The notes: generated by a model not told the origin, from the sequence alone. 64,000 nt of DNA from a virus (IMGVR_UViG_3300028840_002702:18745-82744); one strand, 5' to 3'; positions 48,628-58,510 are shown, counted from the first letter of the stretch. Made by a program: numbers and translations.

Positions 48628-49058
48628 CTAAAGAAGAACGTGCCGCTTATATGAGGGAGTATCGAAAGAAAAATCCCGAATATGCTAAAAAATGTAGTGA
48701 ATATACGAGACAATGGCGGGAAAATAATCCGGAACGAAGCAAAGAATTATGTGATAAATCACGTGAAAAGAATCGTGATAAAATTAATGCACGGAAACGT
48801 GCAAAACGTGCAGCTGATCCTGAGAAAGAACGTGAAAAAGAACGTGCATATCGTGCACGTAATCCTGAATTAACTAAAGCACGGAACAAAATATCTAACG
48901 ACAAAGCTATTGAAGAACGTCGTAATGATGAAGAGAAACGATTGGCGTATAATAAACGTATGCGTGAATATCGTAGAAAGAATCCTGAAAAGATCAAAGC
49001 AATTAACGATAAATGCAGAAAGAAAAAATTGGAGGAAGAAAATGTCAAAGAAAGTTGA
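48624..49058 (+). CDS. Basic R/K/E-rich repeat protein
   Basis: Repeated MREYRxKNPE-type units; GGAG RBS. Confidence 0.7.
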   Translation: MTKEERAAYMREYRKKNPEYAKKCSEYTRQWRENNPERSKELCDKSREKNRDKINARKRAKRAADPEKEREKERAYRARNPELTKARNKISNDKAIEERRNDEEKRLAYNKRMREYRRKNPEKIKAINDKCRKKKLEEENVKES

Positions 49059-49647
49059 ATGGACTGAGAACATGATTGCTGATTATGTATCAGTTGATGA
49101 ACTCCAAGATGTCGAAGCTCCCGACGGGAAAAAGTATCGCGCAATTGAATCTAAAGAATGTGAAAACTGTGTATTCAAAAATACTACTAAGCCATGCCTA
49201 CCATGTGGTGTTGGTGATACAATTGTTATTGAAGGACAGGTTTATCGTCTTGAAACTGGTTTAGAATGGGAAGAAATAAAAATGATGAAATATCTAGTAA
49301 GTGAAGATTACCAACAAAATGTTTCAACTATGCAAATAATGTTTGATGATCTGTGTAAGAAGCACAAAATTAAAACAAAATTTGTAGCTGAAGCAGAACT
49401 CCCAAGTGATGGAATGGGTGATATCTATATTCATCCAAGCGAAGCAGGTCCTGGAAATGAAAAACCTTACTTTATGATTCTTGGTAATCGAGATGAAATC
49501 ATTTCATGTGAAGGATTGGATAAAGATGCTAAAGTCTATTACCCAGAACATTGTGCTTTAGCTTATTGTGCCGCAGATGGTGACACCGAAGATGTTTTTA
49601 AGACTGAAGAAGAAATTGTACAATGTTTAAAACAATTTGATAATTAA
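49042..49647 (+). CDS. Hypothetical protein whose N-terminal domain is paralogous to 47920..48177
   Basis: APDGKKYRA..CxxC.F..LPC..GD.I.I.G..YR shared; GGAGG RBS. Confidence 0.7.
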   Translation: MSKKVEWTENMIADYVSVDELQDVEAPDGKKYRAIESKECENCVFKNTTKPCLPCGVGDTIVIEGQVYRLETGLEWEEIKMMKYLVSEDYQQNVSTMQIMFDDLCKKHKIKTKFVAEAELPSDGMGDIYIHPSEAGPGNEKPYFMILGNRDEIISCEGLDKDAKVYYPEHCALAYCAADGDTEDVFKTEEEIVQCLKQFDN

Positions 49648-49703
49648 AAGTAATTAAAAACCTGTTTAATCTAATAAATAATAAAAACAAACAGGTTATT
49701 TTA

Positions 49704-50246
49704 ATGTCTAAATTTGATGACAAATATTTACAATTGATGGAAGCATTTAAACTTCCATCATCAAAAGATATGGCAAAGCTACTTACTGGGCGATTTGGTA
49801 AGTCAATGTATTTTGAACCATTCAATATTAAATTAGAAGATTATCTCTATTATAATAACGAAGGTTTACCAACTGGCTTTAAAGAAGAATTAAGAGATTT
49901 TCTTATAAGCAAAATATCTGGAGATTATGAACTAAAAGATACTAATTATGGATGGGATCCTGATTACAAAGAATATAGAAATCTAAGTATAGATGGTAAA
50001 GGTAGTAAGGGGAAAGAGAAAAGTTATCCTTCTATTTGGATGTCTTTGCCAAAGTACTCACATGGTAATCAACATGTTGTAAAAATTACGGTATATTATT
50101 ATAGTAAAAGTTATACACCTCTTGCGACACAAACTCTTGCAATACAGACAGACAATAACTTTACTGAAAAAACAATTAATGACCTTTTAACTAAAGTAGC
50201 AGGTAAAGCTACAAAAGAAAAAGAATTAAGGATTTATGGAAGATGA
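49704..50246 (+). CDS. EAFKxP-leader family, putative internal head protein
   Basis: MSKFDDKYLQLMEAFKLPSSK; AATAAATA at 49673-49680. Confidence 0.72.
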   Translation: MSKFDDKYLQLMEAFKLPSSKDMAKLLTGRFGKSMYFEPFNIKLEDYLYYNNEGLPTGFKEELRDFLISKISGDYELKDTNYGWDPDYKEYRNLSIDGKGSKGKEKSYPSIWMSLPKYSHGNQHVVKITVYYYSKSYTPLATQTLAIQTDNNFTEKTINDLLTKVAGKATKEKELRIYGR

Positions 50247-51298
50247 ATAAATTTAATGACAAATACAATAAATTAATGGAATCTTTTAACGTTCCTACAA
50301 TGGATAAAAGACTTGATAAATTTATTGATCGCTTACCTGTTCCAATTAAGGTAGGACCTTTTAGTATTAAAATAAACGAAGATTTTATAAGTAGAGAAAA
50401 CTTAGAAGTAATTAAAGATGCAATAATATTCCCAGAACATTCTGATGATGTGGAAATTAGGATAGTATCCAGACATTACGGTGTTCCGGGGACAAGCACA
50501 GAGGTTGGATTAGTTAATATGTATATTAAAACAACTGACGGTAAAAAGCTTCAATATAATTTTACTATATCACGTGATCTTGAACAAACTTTTGCAAGTT
50601 TCGCAATAGACGACGGTGTCTATCAATTTTATGATGAAATAACATTTGATGAAGAAGCCAAAGAATTAACTGATGATCATTTAAATGCTATCGTTATTAA
50701 AGTTGCTATTGATATTCCGGAAGAAGATTATGATTTAGAAGATTTAGAAGAAGCTTTTAAAATTCCTAAAAATGCTTTTGTTAAAAAAGCAACTGAAGGA
50801 CATGATATCAACTTAGATAAATTTGAAATTGATACTGAAGGAATGTCCAAAGTTAAAGCAGCTTTTGAATTTGCAGATGCTATTAAAAACAATTTATCAG
50901 GTGATTTTGAAATGTCGTTTCTATCTTGGCAACATCCTAGGAAAAAATCAAACGTATTACATACAATCAAGCTAATATTTGATGAAAATAAATCAATGAC
51001 TATTTTAGTTACAACGCTTGATCCAGCTACAATACAATTCCGAGGAGAAGGAAAACCTAAAACATTTAGAGATCTTCAAAAAAGACAACAAAGATACAAA
51101 AACGCTCGATCGAAATTTCAATCACCACAAGAGTTTATAACATTATTTATCTCAAGATTTGATGATGAAACTAAGAAAGCTGGTTCTGGACAAATACGAT
51201 TACTTAACGTTGGTAAAGATGGTAATGTATTAAAATCTGATGTTGTTGAAGAAGAAATTCATAATAGTGCTAAACAGTTTGTAACTGGCAAAAAATAA
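50243..51298 (+). CDS. Double-length EAFKxP-family protein
   Basis: MNKFNDKYNKLMESFNVP leader plus internal LEDLEEAFKIPK. Confidence 0.72.
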   Translation: MNKFNDKYNKLMESFNVPTMDKRLDKFIDRLPVPIKVGPFSIKINEDFISRENLEVIKDAIIFPEHSDDVEIRIVSRHYGVPGTSTEVGLVNMYIKTTDGKKLQYNFTISRDLEQTFASFAIDDGVYQFYDEITFDEEAKELTDDHLNAIVIKVAIDIPEEDYDLEDLEEAFKIPKNAFVKKATEGHDINLDKFEIDTEGMSKVKAAFEFADAIKNNLSGDFEMSFLSWQHPRKKSNVLHTIKLIFDENKSMTILVTTLDPATIQFRGEGKPKTFRDLQKRQQRYKNARSKFQSPQEFITLFISRFDDETKKAGSGQIRLLNVGKDGNVLKSDVVEEEIHNSAKQFVTGKK

Positions 51299-51307
51299 TT
51301 TAATTAA

Positions 51308-51336
51308 ACTCCCAGGTTTTCTTGGGAGTATTTTTG
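51308..51336 (+). terminator. Rho-independent terminator
   Basis: ACTCCCAGG-TTTT-CTTGGGAGT then ATTTTT. Confidence 0.7.
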
Positions 51337-51359
51337 TGTAAAATTTTTATAAAGATTAT

Positions 51360-51387
51360 TTTACTTTGAATAATTCTATGTTATATT
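51360..51387 (+). promoter_or_regulatory. Early promoter
   Basis: TTTACT-N16-TATATT; identical core to 56817-56844. Confidence 0.82.
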
Positions 51388-51423
51388 ATATTAACTTAGG
51401 AATATATTAATATAAGGAATAAC

Positions 51424-52005
51424 ATGAAAAACAATTTAACATCTACTATGCAACAAATTGATGTAAGTCCTAAAGATTTCATTAATACTCCAAAAGCAAA
51501 AGAATTAGGCTGGAATATACACAATCATTGTTTTCCTGAAGTTCCATATACATATTTTGCATATTTCCAAGATGTTGAAGATGCATTATCGCTTTCATGT
51601 CATCAAGAAAATTCTCTTAATTGGGAACTTAATATTAAGAAAGACACTGAAGTGGTCACCACATATTTCCTTTCCAAGAACGATGCATATCAATTTATTA
51701 AGATGTTCTTTGGAATTGAAGTCAATGAGTCTTTTGCACGAATTGAGGAACCGGTTAATTGTTGTGATGAACCATTTGTTCGAGATATTTTTTATATTTG
51801 GTCATGTCCAACATGTAAAAGTAGCTTTGATAAGGACGGATGGTATTGTGAGCCATCCCCTGATAAACGATGTCATTACTATTCAAGAGATGGAAAAATT
51901 TCTCTTCGAAATGGTAATACAGTTGATATTCCAACTGACCATGATCCTGAGTATGAAACAGATGATTGCTGCATTTTCTGTGGTGATCCAGATGAAAGGA
52001 AATAA
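51424..52005 (+). CDS. Hypothetical protein with Cys-rich C-terminus
   Basis: CPTC...CIFCGDPDERK; AAGGA RBS. Confidence 0.7.
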   Translation: MKNNLTSTMQQIDVSPKDFINTPKAKELGWNIHNHCFPEVPYTYFAYFQDVEDALSLSCHQENSLNWELNIKKDTEVVTTYFLSKNDAYQFIKMFFGIEVNESFARIEEPVNCCDEPFVRDIFYIWSCPTCKSSFDKDGWYCEPSPDKRCHYYSRDGKISLRNGNTVDIPTDHDPEYETDDCCIFCGDPDERK

Positions 52006-52006
52006 C

Positions 52007-52429
52007 ATGAAAACTAAAGTAAAAGCTGTAACGGTTAAGAATTCTAAGGAAGTTCCAGAACAGCTTATGGTCAAAGATGGAAAGCTTCTTTGTAAGGATG
52101 GATCTGAACCTGACTTTTCTAATTTTCCAGATGGTGATGTGAGTCTTATTATGACTGAAAGGTTTAAGAGAGATTTGGATGACGTATGGATGCTTAATCA
52201 TTGGGGTGCTTAAATGGTAATGACTATAAAACCAATAATACCATTTGAAGTATTCGTGATAAGTATGGTTGGTTTATTTATCATCAGTCTTTTATTCATT
52301 GCATGGAAGTCTGTTAATTCCAAGCTCGAAAAGGAATGGCTACTAAATGGTAGTATTATTATAGGTATCATGTGGTGTATTACATTTGTCGCAGTTGTGT
52401 ATGAAAACTGGGATAAAATGTTTCTCTAA
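52007..52429 (+). CDS. Two small ORFs (52007-52213; 52214-52429, membrane protein)
   Basis: RBSs present; the second has two hydrophobic segments. Confidence 0.55.
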
Positions 52430-52432
52430 AAT

Positions 52433-52460
52433 TTTACTTTATTATAATGTAAGTTATATT
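52433..52460 (+). promoter_or_regulatory. Early promoter
   Basis: TTTACT-N16-TATATT. Confidence 0.75.
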
Positions 52461-52500
52461 AAATTTTATGTGGCAATCTAGATGAAAGGAAATAATAAAG

Positions 52501-52800
52501 ATGAGCGACAACCAACAAATCGTACGATGGGCGAATGCTATCGCCCGGGCAACACAAAAAGTTGAATTCAACAATGAAGCTGCTGAGCTTGGTTGGGAAC
52601 ATGATGAATTTGGAATCATGGCACAAGTGTTGGTCGATGATGCAATGCTTGAAATGGATCCACAATGTATAGGCGAAGACGTTGAAGCTTATGGTGAATT
52701 CCTCGAAAATGATTCTGAAAATTGGTGGCATTGGATTGATCAAACAATCGGCACCGATTGGGGAAAAGTAGCTAAAGTGATTCACGAAGAAGGTTATTAA
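52501..52800 (+). CDS. Small acidic protein
   Basis: D/E- and W-rich, 99 aa. Confidence 0.7.
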   Translation: MSDNQQIVRWANAIARATQKVEFNNEAAELGWEHDEFGIMAQVLVDDAMLEMDPQCIGEDVEAYGEFLENDSENWWHWIDQTIGTDWGKVAKVIHEEGY

Positions 52801-52859
52801 TTTAGTAGAAAGAAATGACAATAATTTTGATTCTACCATATCTTAAAAGGAAAAAAGAG

Positions 52860-53033
52860 ATGCCAACAAAACCAACACTCAGAGATGACGCCGAACAAAT
52901 CGTTGATACTTATGGTATGAATGTATGTAGTGAAACCATTTACGAATGGGCAAATGAATTTCTTGTTGATTACTCAGATTTGCAAGATGAAGTATATAAA
53001 GTAATCAGAGAACGAAAAGAAGCTGAAGCTTAA
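52860..53033 (+). CDS. Small hypothetical protein
   Basis: AAGGA RBS, begins MPTKPTLRDD. Confidence 0.55.
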   Translation: MPTKPTLRDDAEQIVDTYGMNVCSETIYEWANEFLVDYSDLQDEVYKVIRERKEAEA

Positions 53034-53620
53034 CGCCAACTAAATGATTTGCCTGGAATAGTTTTAAAGCCGGATATGTCTACTTTAATGCTTGATAAAA
53101 TATTTAAGATTTCTTGTAATTTCTTAGAATCTAATTCATTCCATGGCAACTCAGTGTCAATAACCTCTTTAAATCCACCAACCAATTGTTTCGGTAATTC
53201 ATGACCAAGAACTTGACCAGTATCTAATGTTAGTTCTAAAATGATATCAATTATATCATAATTGAAATCAATAATCATTTTACAATTAGCTACATTACCT
53301 ACATTAATATCAAATGCTTTTGTTATTGTTCTGTTTTCTCTCCAATTATTTGGATCGAGTAAAGGAATTTTTTGACTAATATGTATTTCGTTACCAATTG
53401 GTTTAACTTTAGCACCTTCAGGTACACTGAGTGCATAAGTTAATGTACGTTTCAAATTAATTTTTCTTTTAATTGGACGGAACATTGTAGTAACTTTAAT
53501 ATTATTAAGAAAGTTTTTAAATGGTTCAGTTAAGAATGATACATTCTTTTTCTTTATAGCATCTTTTGGTATTTTAAATGCTTCTTTAAGAATATTATAA
53601 GTTTTAATAAATTGTTTCAT
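53030..53620 (-). CDS. EAFKxP-leader family, putative internal head protein (minus strand)
   Basis: MKQFIKTYNILKEAFKIPK; TATAAATA on the minus strand at 53645-53652. Confidence 0.72.
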   Translation of the reverse strand: MKQFIKTYNILKEAFKIPKDAIKKKNVSFLTEPFKNFLNNIKVTTMFRPIKRKINLKRTLTYALSVPEGAKVKPIGNEIHISQKIPLLDPNNWRENRTITKAFDINVGNVANCKMIIDFNYDIIDIILELTLDTGQVLGHELPKQLVGGFKEVIDTELPWNELDSKKLQEILNILSSIKVDISGFKTIPGKSFSWR

Positions 53621-53693
53621 AAATCACCGATTGACCTTTTTGATTATTTATAATCCGAAAGTAAACTTTTGTTAAATTTTTTAATGGGAACAG

Positions 53694-53721
53694 TTTACTT
53701 TGATAAAATCTATGTTATATT
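53694..53721 (+). promoter_or_regulatory. Early promoter
   Basis: TTTACT-N16-TATATT followed by a small hairpin (GGAAATA / TATTTCC). Confidence 0.8.
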
Positions 53722-53781
53722 ATAATAAGTTATGGAAATAGATATTTCCTTACATTCTTAAACTTAACCGTGGAGAGTAAC

Positions 53782-54243
53782 ATGCAGAATCAACTTATTT
53801 ATGTCTGCCACTTCGACATTATCTGGGAAGACTTCGCAGCTATCTTGGGAGAAATTCACAAGATTGGAGCTGGGAAACAAATCGTCGAAATCGAATGGCA
53901 TGGTCCAGCCGGCGGAAATCCTCTTCTTCAAATTGTTTTCAATGAAGAGCAACTTACAGAATTCTACAAAATCTATACTGGCGCTGATCCAGTTGTAGTA
54001 ATTGACGAAGAAACAACAACACCAATTGCATCTGATTATGATGAATTTCTAAATCTTCATACTATTTCATATTCAATTGATGCAATCAAAAATCATCTGA
54101 AACACGAACTGGTTCATAAGGTTGGCTTAGATGGAATTCCACTTAAAGAAATGTGCGAAGCGCTTGGAATTTCAGATAAATTCTATGAACTTGGTCGTGT
54201 ACAATATGAAGCAATGACTAACCATCTATTTACTGAGGAATAA
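53782..54243 (+). CDS. Hypothetical protein
   Basis: HGPAGGNP motif; GGAG RBS. Confidence 0.7.
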   Translation: MQNQLIYVCHFDIIWEDFAAILGEIHKIGAGKQIVEIEWHGPAGGNPLLQIVFNEEQLTEFYKIYTGADPVVVIDEETTTPIASDYDEFLNLHTISYSIDAIKNHLKHELVHKVGLDGIPLKEMCEALGISDKFYELGRVQYEAMTNHLFTEE

Positions 54244-54247
54244 ATAA

Positions 54248-54631
54248 ATGTCAACAAGGGCAATGGTCGGAATTTTGGACGTGGAAACGGGTAAGATCTC
54301 AGCATCTTATTGTCACTGGGCATCAGAGTTGGATGATGAACTCCCTAATTACTGGGATTCAGAACACGGTGCAGAACAATTAGCCTATCATGGTTATATG
54401 TCGGAAATTGATCGGGGTGAAATTGAAGTAACTCCTGGCGCAATTCCTGGTGAAGATACTGAGGAATACTCGGAGTATAAAAATATTACAGAGCTCATGG
54501 AAAAGATGGCAATCTGTGACTATTTTTATATTTGGGAAAATAACGATTGGACTGTGTATGGAGGTTATCACAGTTATCAACTCGGCAGAGATGTATGGGA
54601 TGATGATGAGGATGACGAATACAAAGACTAA
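54248..54631 (+). CDS. Acidic phage protein of the MSTR...YCHW type
   Basis: MSTRAMVG...YCHW, DYFYIW; GAGG RBS. Confidence 0.7.
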   Translation: MSTRAMVGILDVETGKISASYCHWASELDDELPNYWDSEHGAEQLAYHGYMSEIDRGEIEVTPGAIPGEDTEEYSEYKNITELMEKMAICDYFYIWENNDWTVYGGYHSYQLGRDVWDDDEDDEYKD

Positions 54632-54671
54632 TTCAAGGCAAAAATAAGTTAAAAATAATTTAATTATTGTA

Positions 54672-54699
54672 TTTACTTTTATTCGTTTTGAATTATATT
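54672..54699 (+). promoter_or_regulatory. Early promoter
   Basis: TTTACT-N16-TATATT followed by a hairpin (AATGGAA / TTCCATT). Confidence 0.78.
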
Positions 54700-54775
54700 T
54701 ATATTAAGGAATGGAATAATGGTTCCATTTTATAACTTAACCAAACTAAAACCAGCAACAACCGGAGGCTACGGG

Positions 54776-55462
54776 ATGCTGAAATTGACAAAAGATGAAC
54801 GCCATGAAAGAATGATCGCAATTCATGGATCGGGAAAACCACTGACTGACCACGTGGATGAAATACTTGCAATTAATGAACAGCTTGTTCAATCTCAAGC
54901 TCGCCACAATGCACGCTTTAACCGAACTGGTCTTGATGTAAATGACTTTATTCAAATTGGTTTATTGGCAATTACACATTGCTGCGATAACTTCAAACCT
55001 GAAGAACATGTAAATGATCTTAACAATCTTGATGAAATTCAAGAGGTTTGGAAATCCTACATGTACAAACGAATCAAAAACAAACAACGTAACTTGAACC
55101 GCCTCAAGAAATACGAAAACGAAAATGGACTTCCAACAAGTCTAGAAGTTGCAACCGCTTCTGATGACGACGATACAAAGCTCCATGAAGTTATCGAAGA
55201 TGAAGGTGCTGATAAGTTTGCTGATTTATTTAGCATGGATTACAAAATCATTGCTGAAATGATTGAATCAGAAACTGTTCTAACAGAACGTGAACGAACC
55301 ACAATTATCCACAAACTTGGATTATGGGATCAACCTATTCTAAAGAATGTTGAGATTGCTGATATTATCGGAGTTACTAAAGCCGATGTCAAAAATCAAT
55401 TTGATCGTGGAATCCGTAAATTGCGGGCACGGTTGATCGAACTTGATCCATCTTTAATCTAA
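54776..55462 (+). CDS. sigma70-family RNA polymerase sigma factor
   Basis: Region 2 NEQLVQSQA..DFIQIGLLAI..FKP; region 4 LTERER..EIADIIGVTKADV..RGIRKLR; GGAGG RBS. Confidence 0.85.
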   Translation: MLKLTKDERHERMIAIHGSGKPLTDHVDEILAINEQLVQSQARHNARFNRTGLDVNDFIQIGLLAITHCCDNFKPEEHVNDLNNLDEIQEVWKSYMYKRIKNKQRNLNRLKKYENENGLPTSLEVATASDDDDTKLHEVIEDEGADKFADLFSMDYKIIAEMIESETVLTERERTTIIHKLGLWDQPILKNVEIADIIGVTKADVKNQFDRGIRKLRARLIELDPSLI

Positions 55463-55474
55463 TGGAGGTACCAC

Positions 55475-56157
55475 ATGCCAACTAAAGAAACCACAAAACA
55501 CAAGAAAGATCAATACGAAGATTTTAATGATCCACGTATTGATACTAGTCGCCCATTGTATTTCCCGACTCCTGCCCACGAGGACATGATGCGAGACTTA
55601 CGTGACAAACAATTAATCGCCGGAATTGAAGGAGCAGACGACTAATGAATGCTGAAGACCTTGATAAATGTCATCTCACACATAATTTGATTGCACTCGA
55701 ATACCGAAGTTTTGATCAAAATTATCGTGGTGATGATCCAATTGAAGATACTAAACCACTTCAAGCACTTGAAGTAGAAGAAGCAGAAGAGTTTATAGCC
55801 GCAATTATGGGTGACGAAAATAATTCAATTGAAGATCAAATTCGTCATTTAGCAGTTCGTATTGAATACCTTCTACCAGGCGTCAAAGATCTTCCTGAAG
55901 AACAATACGAAGAAGTGATGGAAGCTCTTCGGATTATTAACGTAACAATCTGAGATCGAACAATGAATGATCCAGTTTTTGGGAATAGAAGTGTTGAGCA
56001 AATAATTAGTGAATTCAAAGATTATCTTGATAAAATGTCTGATGAAGAATTCAACGATATTGTAAAGTTTGCTGAAGCTCTCCCACCAGTCCAAATCATA
56101 TGTCCGTTTGATCACGAGAATGATATTAACGAGAGTTCATTAACGAGTAAAAAATAG
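55475..56157 (+). CDS. Three small ORFs (55475-55645, 55645-55953, 55963-56157)
   Basis: Closely packed, acidic, no function recognised. Confidence 0.55.
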
Positions 56158-56179
56158 TTAAAAAAGTTTTAAAGATTAT

Positions 56180-56207
56180 TTTACTTTGTTAAATAACATG
56201 TTATATT
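56180..56207 (+). promoter_or_regulatory. Early promoter
   Basis: TTTACT-N16-TATATT. Confidence 0.82.
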
Positions 56208-56246
56208 ATAATATGATTTGGAATACTTAACCAAAAAGGAGTACCA

Positions 56247-56798
56247 ATGAAAAACGCAACCGCAATGCAACTGGCTCAACTCTGTGATGCCAATACCTTT
56301 GAAGCCGCAATCGAATTTGTTGATAAGTTCAACATCACATTCGGAACAAGCATTTCACCAACTGAAGTTGTTCTCGAAATGAACAAGAACGGATACAAGA
56401 TTCCGGTGAACTTTGAATTCGATCACCTCGAAACTTTCTCTAAGGTTCTTCCATGCGGAGTGAAGGGAAAGAAAATGACTGTACTCGTTACAACAAAATC
56501 TGAAATTACTGTCGATCTTTCTAAAGATATTGACCTTCAAATTTTGGCAGAAGTAACTGCTAAGGGTACATCCGAGACCATTAAAAGCATGGTCAAACCA
56601 ACCAAGAAGAAACGAAAGAAATCAATTACCCGGAAAATTTGGACAGCTGAAGATGATGAACTCGTAATGAGTGATGAAAAAATCTCATTGCTGGCCGAAC
56701 TTCTTGGTCGGTCCCAACAAGCGGTTTATAATCGCCGCTATAACCTCCGCAAACAAGCTGCTAACGCAGCCGGTAATGGCCCAGTATTTTTGTGTTAA
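56247..56798 (+). CDS. Putative DNA-binding protein with a C-terminal Myb/SANT-like HTH
   Basis: WTAEDDELV...LAELLGRSQQAVYNRRYNL; AAGGAG RBS. Confidence 0.7.
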   Translation: MKNATAMQLAQLCDANTFEAAIEFVDKFNITFGTSISPTEVVLEMNKNGYKIPVNFEFDHLETFSKVLPCGVKGKKMTVLVTTKSEITVDLSKDIDLQILAEVTAKGTSETIKSMVKPTKKKRKKSITRKIWTAEDDELVMSDEKISLLAELLGRSQQAVYNRRYNLRKQAANAAGNGPVFLC

Positions 56799-56816
56799 AA
56801 AAATTATAAAGATGAT

Positions 56817-56844
56817 TTTACTTTGAATAATTCTATGTTATATT
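56817..56844 (+). promoter_or_regulatory. Early promoter
   Basis: TTTACT-N16-TATATT. Confidence 0.82.
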
Positions 56845-56882
56845 ATTATATCAAAGGAATAACTTAACTTAAGGAATGTTAG

Positions 56883-58428
56883 ATGCCTGATAAAATGACT
56901 GCAGAAGATCTCATTGCGCATGTTGGAACGGACATTGATCCGCTATTAAAAGCGGGATTATTTCTTGACACAACAGACTTAATGGCACGCAATGGAACAC
57001 TTAGATTCTGGGATCCAAAAACAGATGAGCTTTACACTCTTAACGAAGCAACTGGTTATGTTCGTCGCTTCACTACAACAAATTCTTACAAGAAACATTT
57101 ACCGTACCCACTTAATCCCCGTCCGAGTAAGACGGTTACCCACGGACAATTCTTTCAAACGAAGGAACGAGTACTAGGGGATTACATTAGACTTCATGAT
57201 ATTAAAGAACAAGTCAAACGAGTTTTACAAACATTAAGGAGGAGACATGCCGCGCTCAATAAAAACACCTGACGAAATAGCACAAAACGTGCTTAATCAA
57301 CTAACATGTGCATGTGGCGATATTGCTGCTTGTACTGTAGATTACGATGGTAATATTTTAAGACAATTACCTGGACTTGGAGACTCTCGCTGGACACGTC
57401 GAGCACGCCAAGCAAAGGCTGATGGAGTTATTGATCTTCATGGTTGGCTGGCGGATGAAATCTATAACGACTCTGATACAATTCGTGATTATTTAGGAGA
57501 CTGGATCCACGATAATTGTAATAATGACGTTGAACTCTATAACAAAGTTTGTATTGAGCTTATTCAAATTGGACACTCAGCAGTAAAATCTGCTGCACAA
57601 ACACTTATAAGGGATTAAGTTAATGAAAGCGCATGATAAACGTGATATCTTTAAAACAGTTGTTGCACGTCTCAACGATTGTAAAACCGAACTTAAAGAT
57701 ATCACGGAAGATCCAGACGATTCTCAATGTAAGGATGTATCATCCTTTAAAAACATGTTTAATGACATGATTGACGACGCTACTTGGTATATGAATCATT
57801 ATGAGAAAATTGCCGATGCTTGTTGCAAATCATGTGAAAAAGAATTAGATCAAAGATGGATTCATTGTCCATTTTGTGGAACCAAAAGAGCTGCCTAATG
57901 TTTATCGCAACAACCTTTATTATACCCGCAATTGTTTTAGCACTACTAGTTGTAGGAATCTTTAAAAGATCAAGACAATTACTTGAAATTAAAGAATTTG
58001 AAAAAGAATGTAGTTCATTACATTTCCGAGCGAAAAATATAATGAAAGTTGTTAACAATGATATTGAAATTATTAAGAATGAAAAACGACGAGTATTAGC
58101 TGCATGGTCAATGGTAGATCTTTATCACGATTCAGTTAAAATTGGTGATGAAGAAACTATCAAGAAGTGTGGCACTTGGTTTAAAAATTCTAAGAAAGAA
58201 AATCTCTTTGACGAGGAATAGATGATGCGAAATCTTTTTAAAGTATTATGGAAAGAGTTTAAAACTCTTGTTGCAATTGCAGGATTATTCTCAGTATTAA
58301 CTCTTGCTGTTTGGGGTACAGCATATGTTACAGCAAAGCATTGCCGAATACAAGCTGAGAAAGAGAAGCGTATACTTGCCAAAGTATTCTACGAATATCG
58401 GTTGAAAAATCCACCGAAGCAAAAGTAA
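56883..58428 (+). CDS. Operon of five small ORFs (56883-57272, 57247-57618, 57623-57898 Zn ribbon, 57898-58221 TM, 58222-58428 TM)
   Basis: Coupled ORFs; CxxC..CPFCG in the third; hydrophobic segments in the last two. Confidence 0.6.
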
Positions 58429-58446
58429 AATAATTTTAAAATAGTT

Positions 58447-58474
58447 TTTACTTTTTAACTTTTCATGTTATATT
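58447..58474 (+). promoter_or_regulatory. Early promoter
   Basis: TTTACT-N16-TATATT. Confidence 0.8.
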
Positions 58475-58510
58475 ATAATATCAAAGAAAATAAGAATAAG
58501 GATTATAAAG

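Noticed and set aside
48624-49058. HNH homing endonuclease
   Set aside because: Only the basic repeat linker is present; no HNH or other nuclease motif
51557-52006. 5' extension of ORF 51557..52213
   Set aside because: Overlaps 51424..52005 out of frame; a start with RBS at 52007 is more plausible
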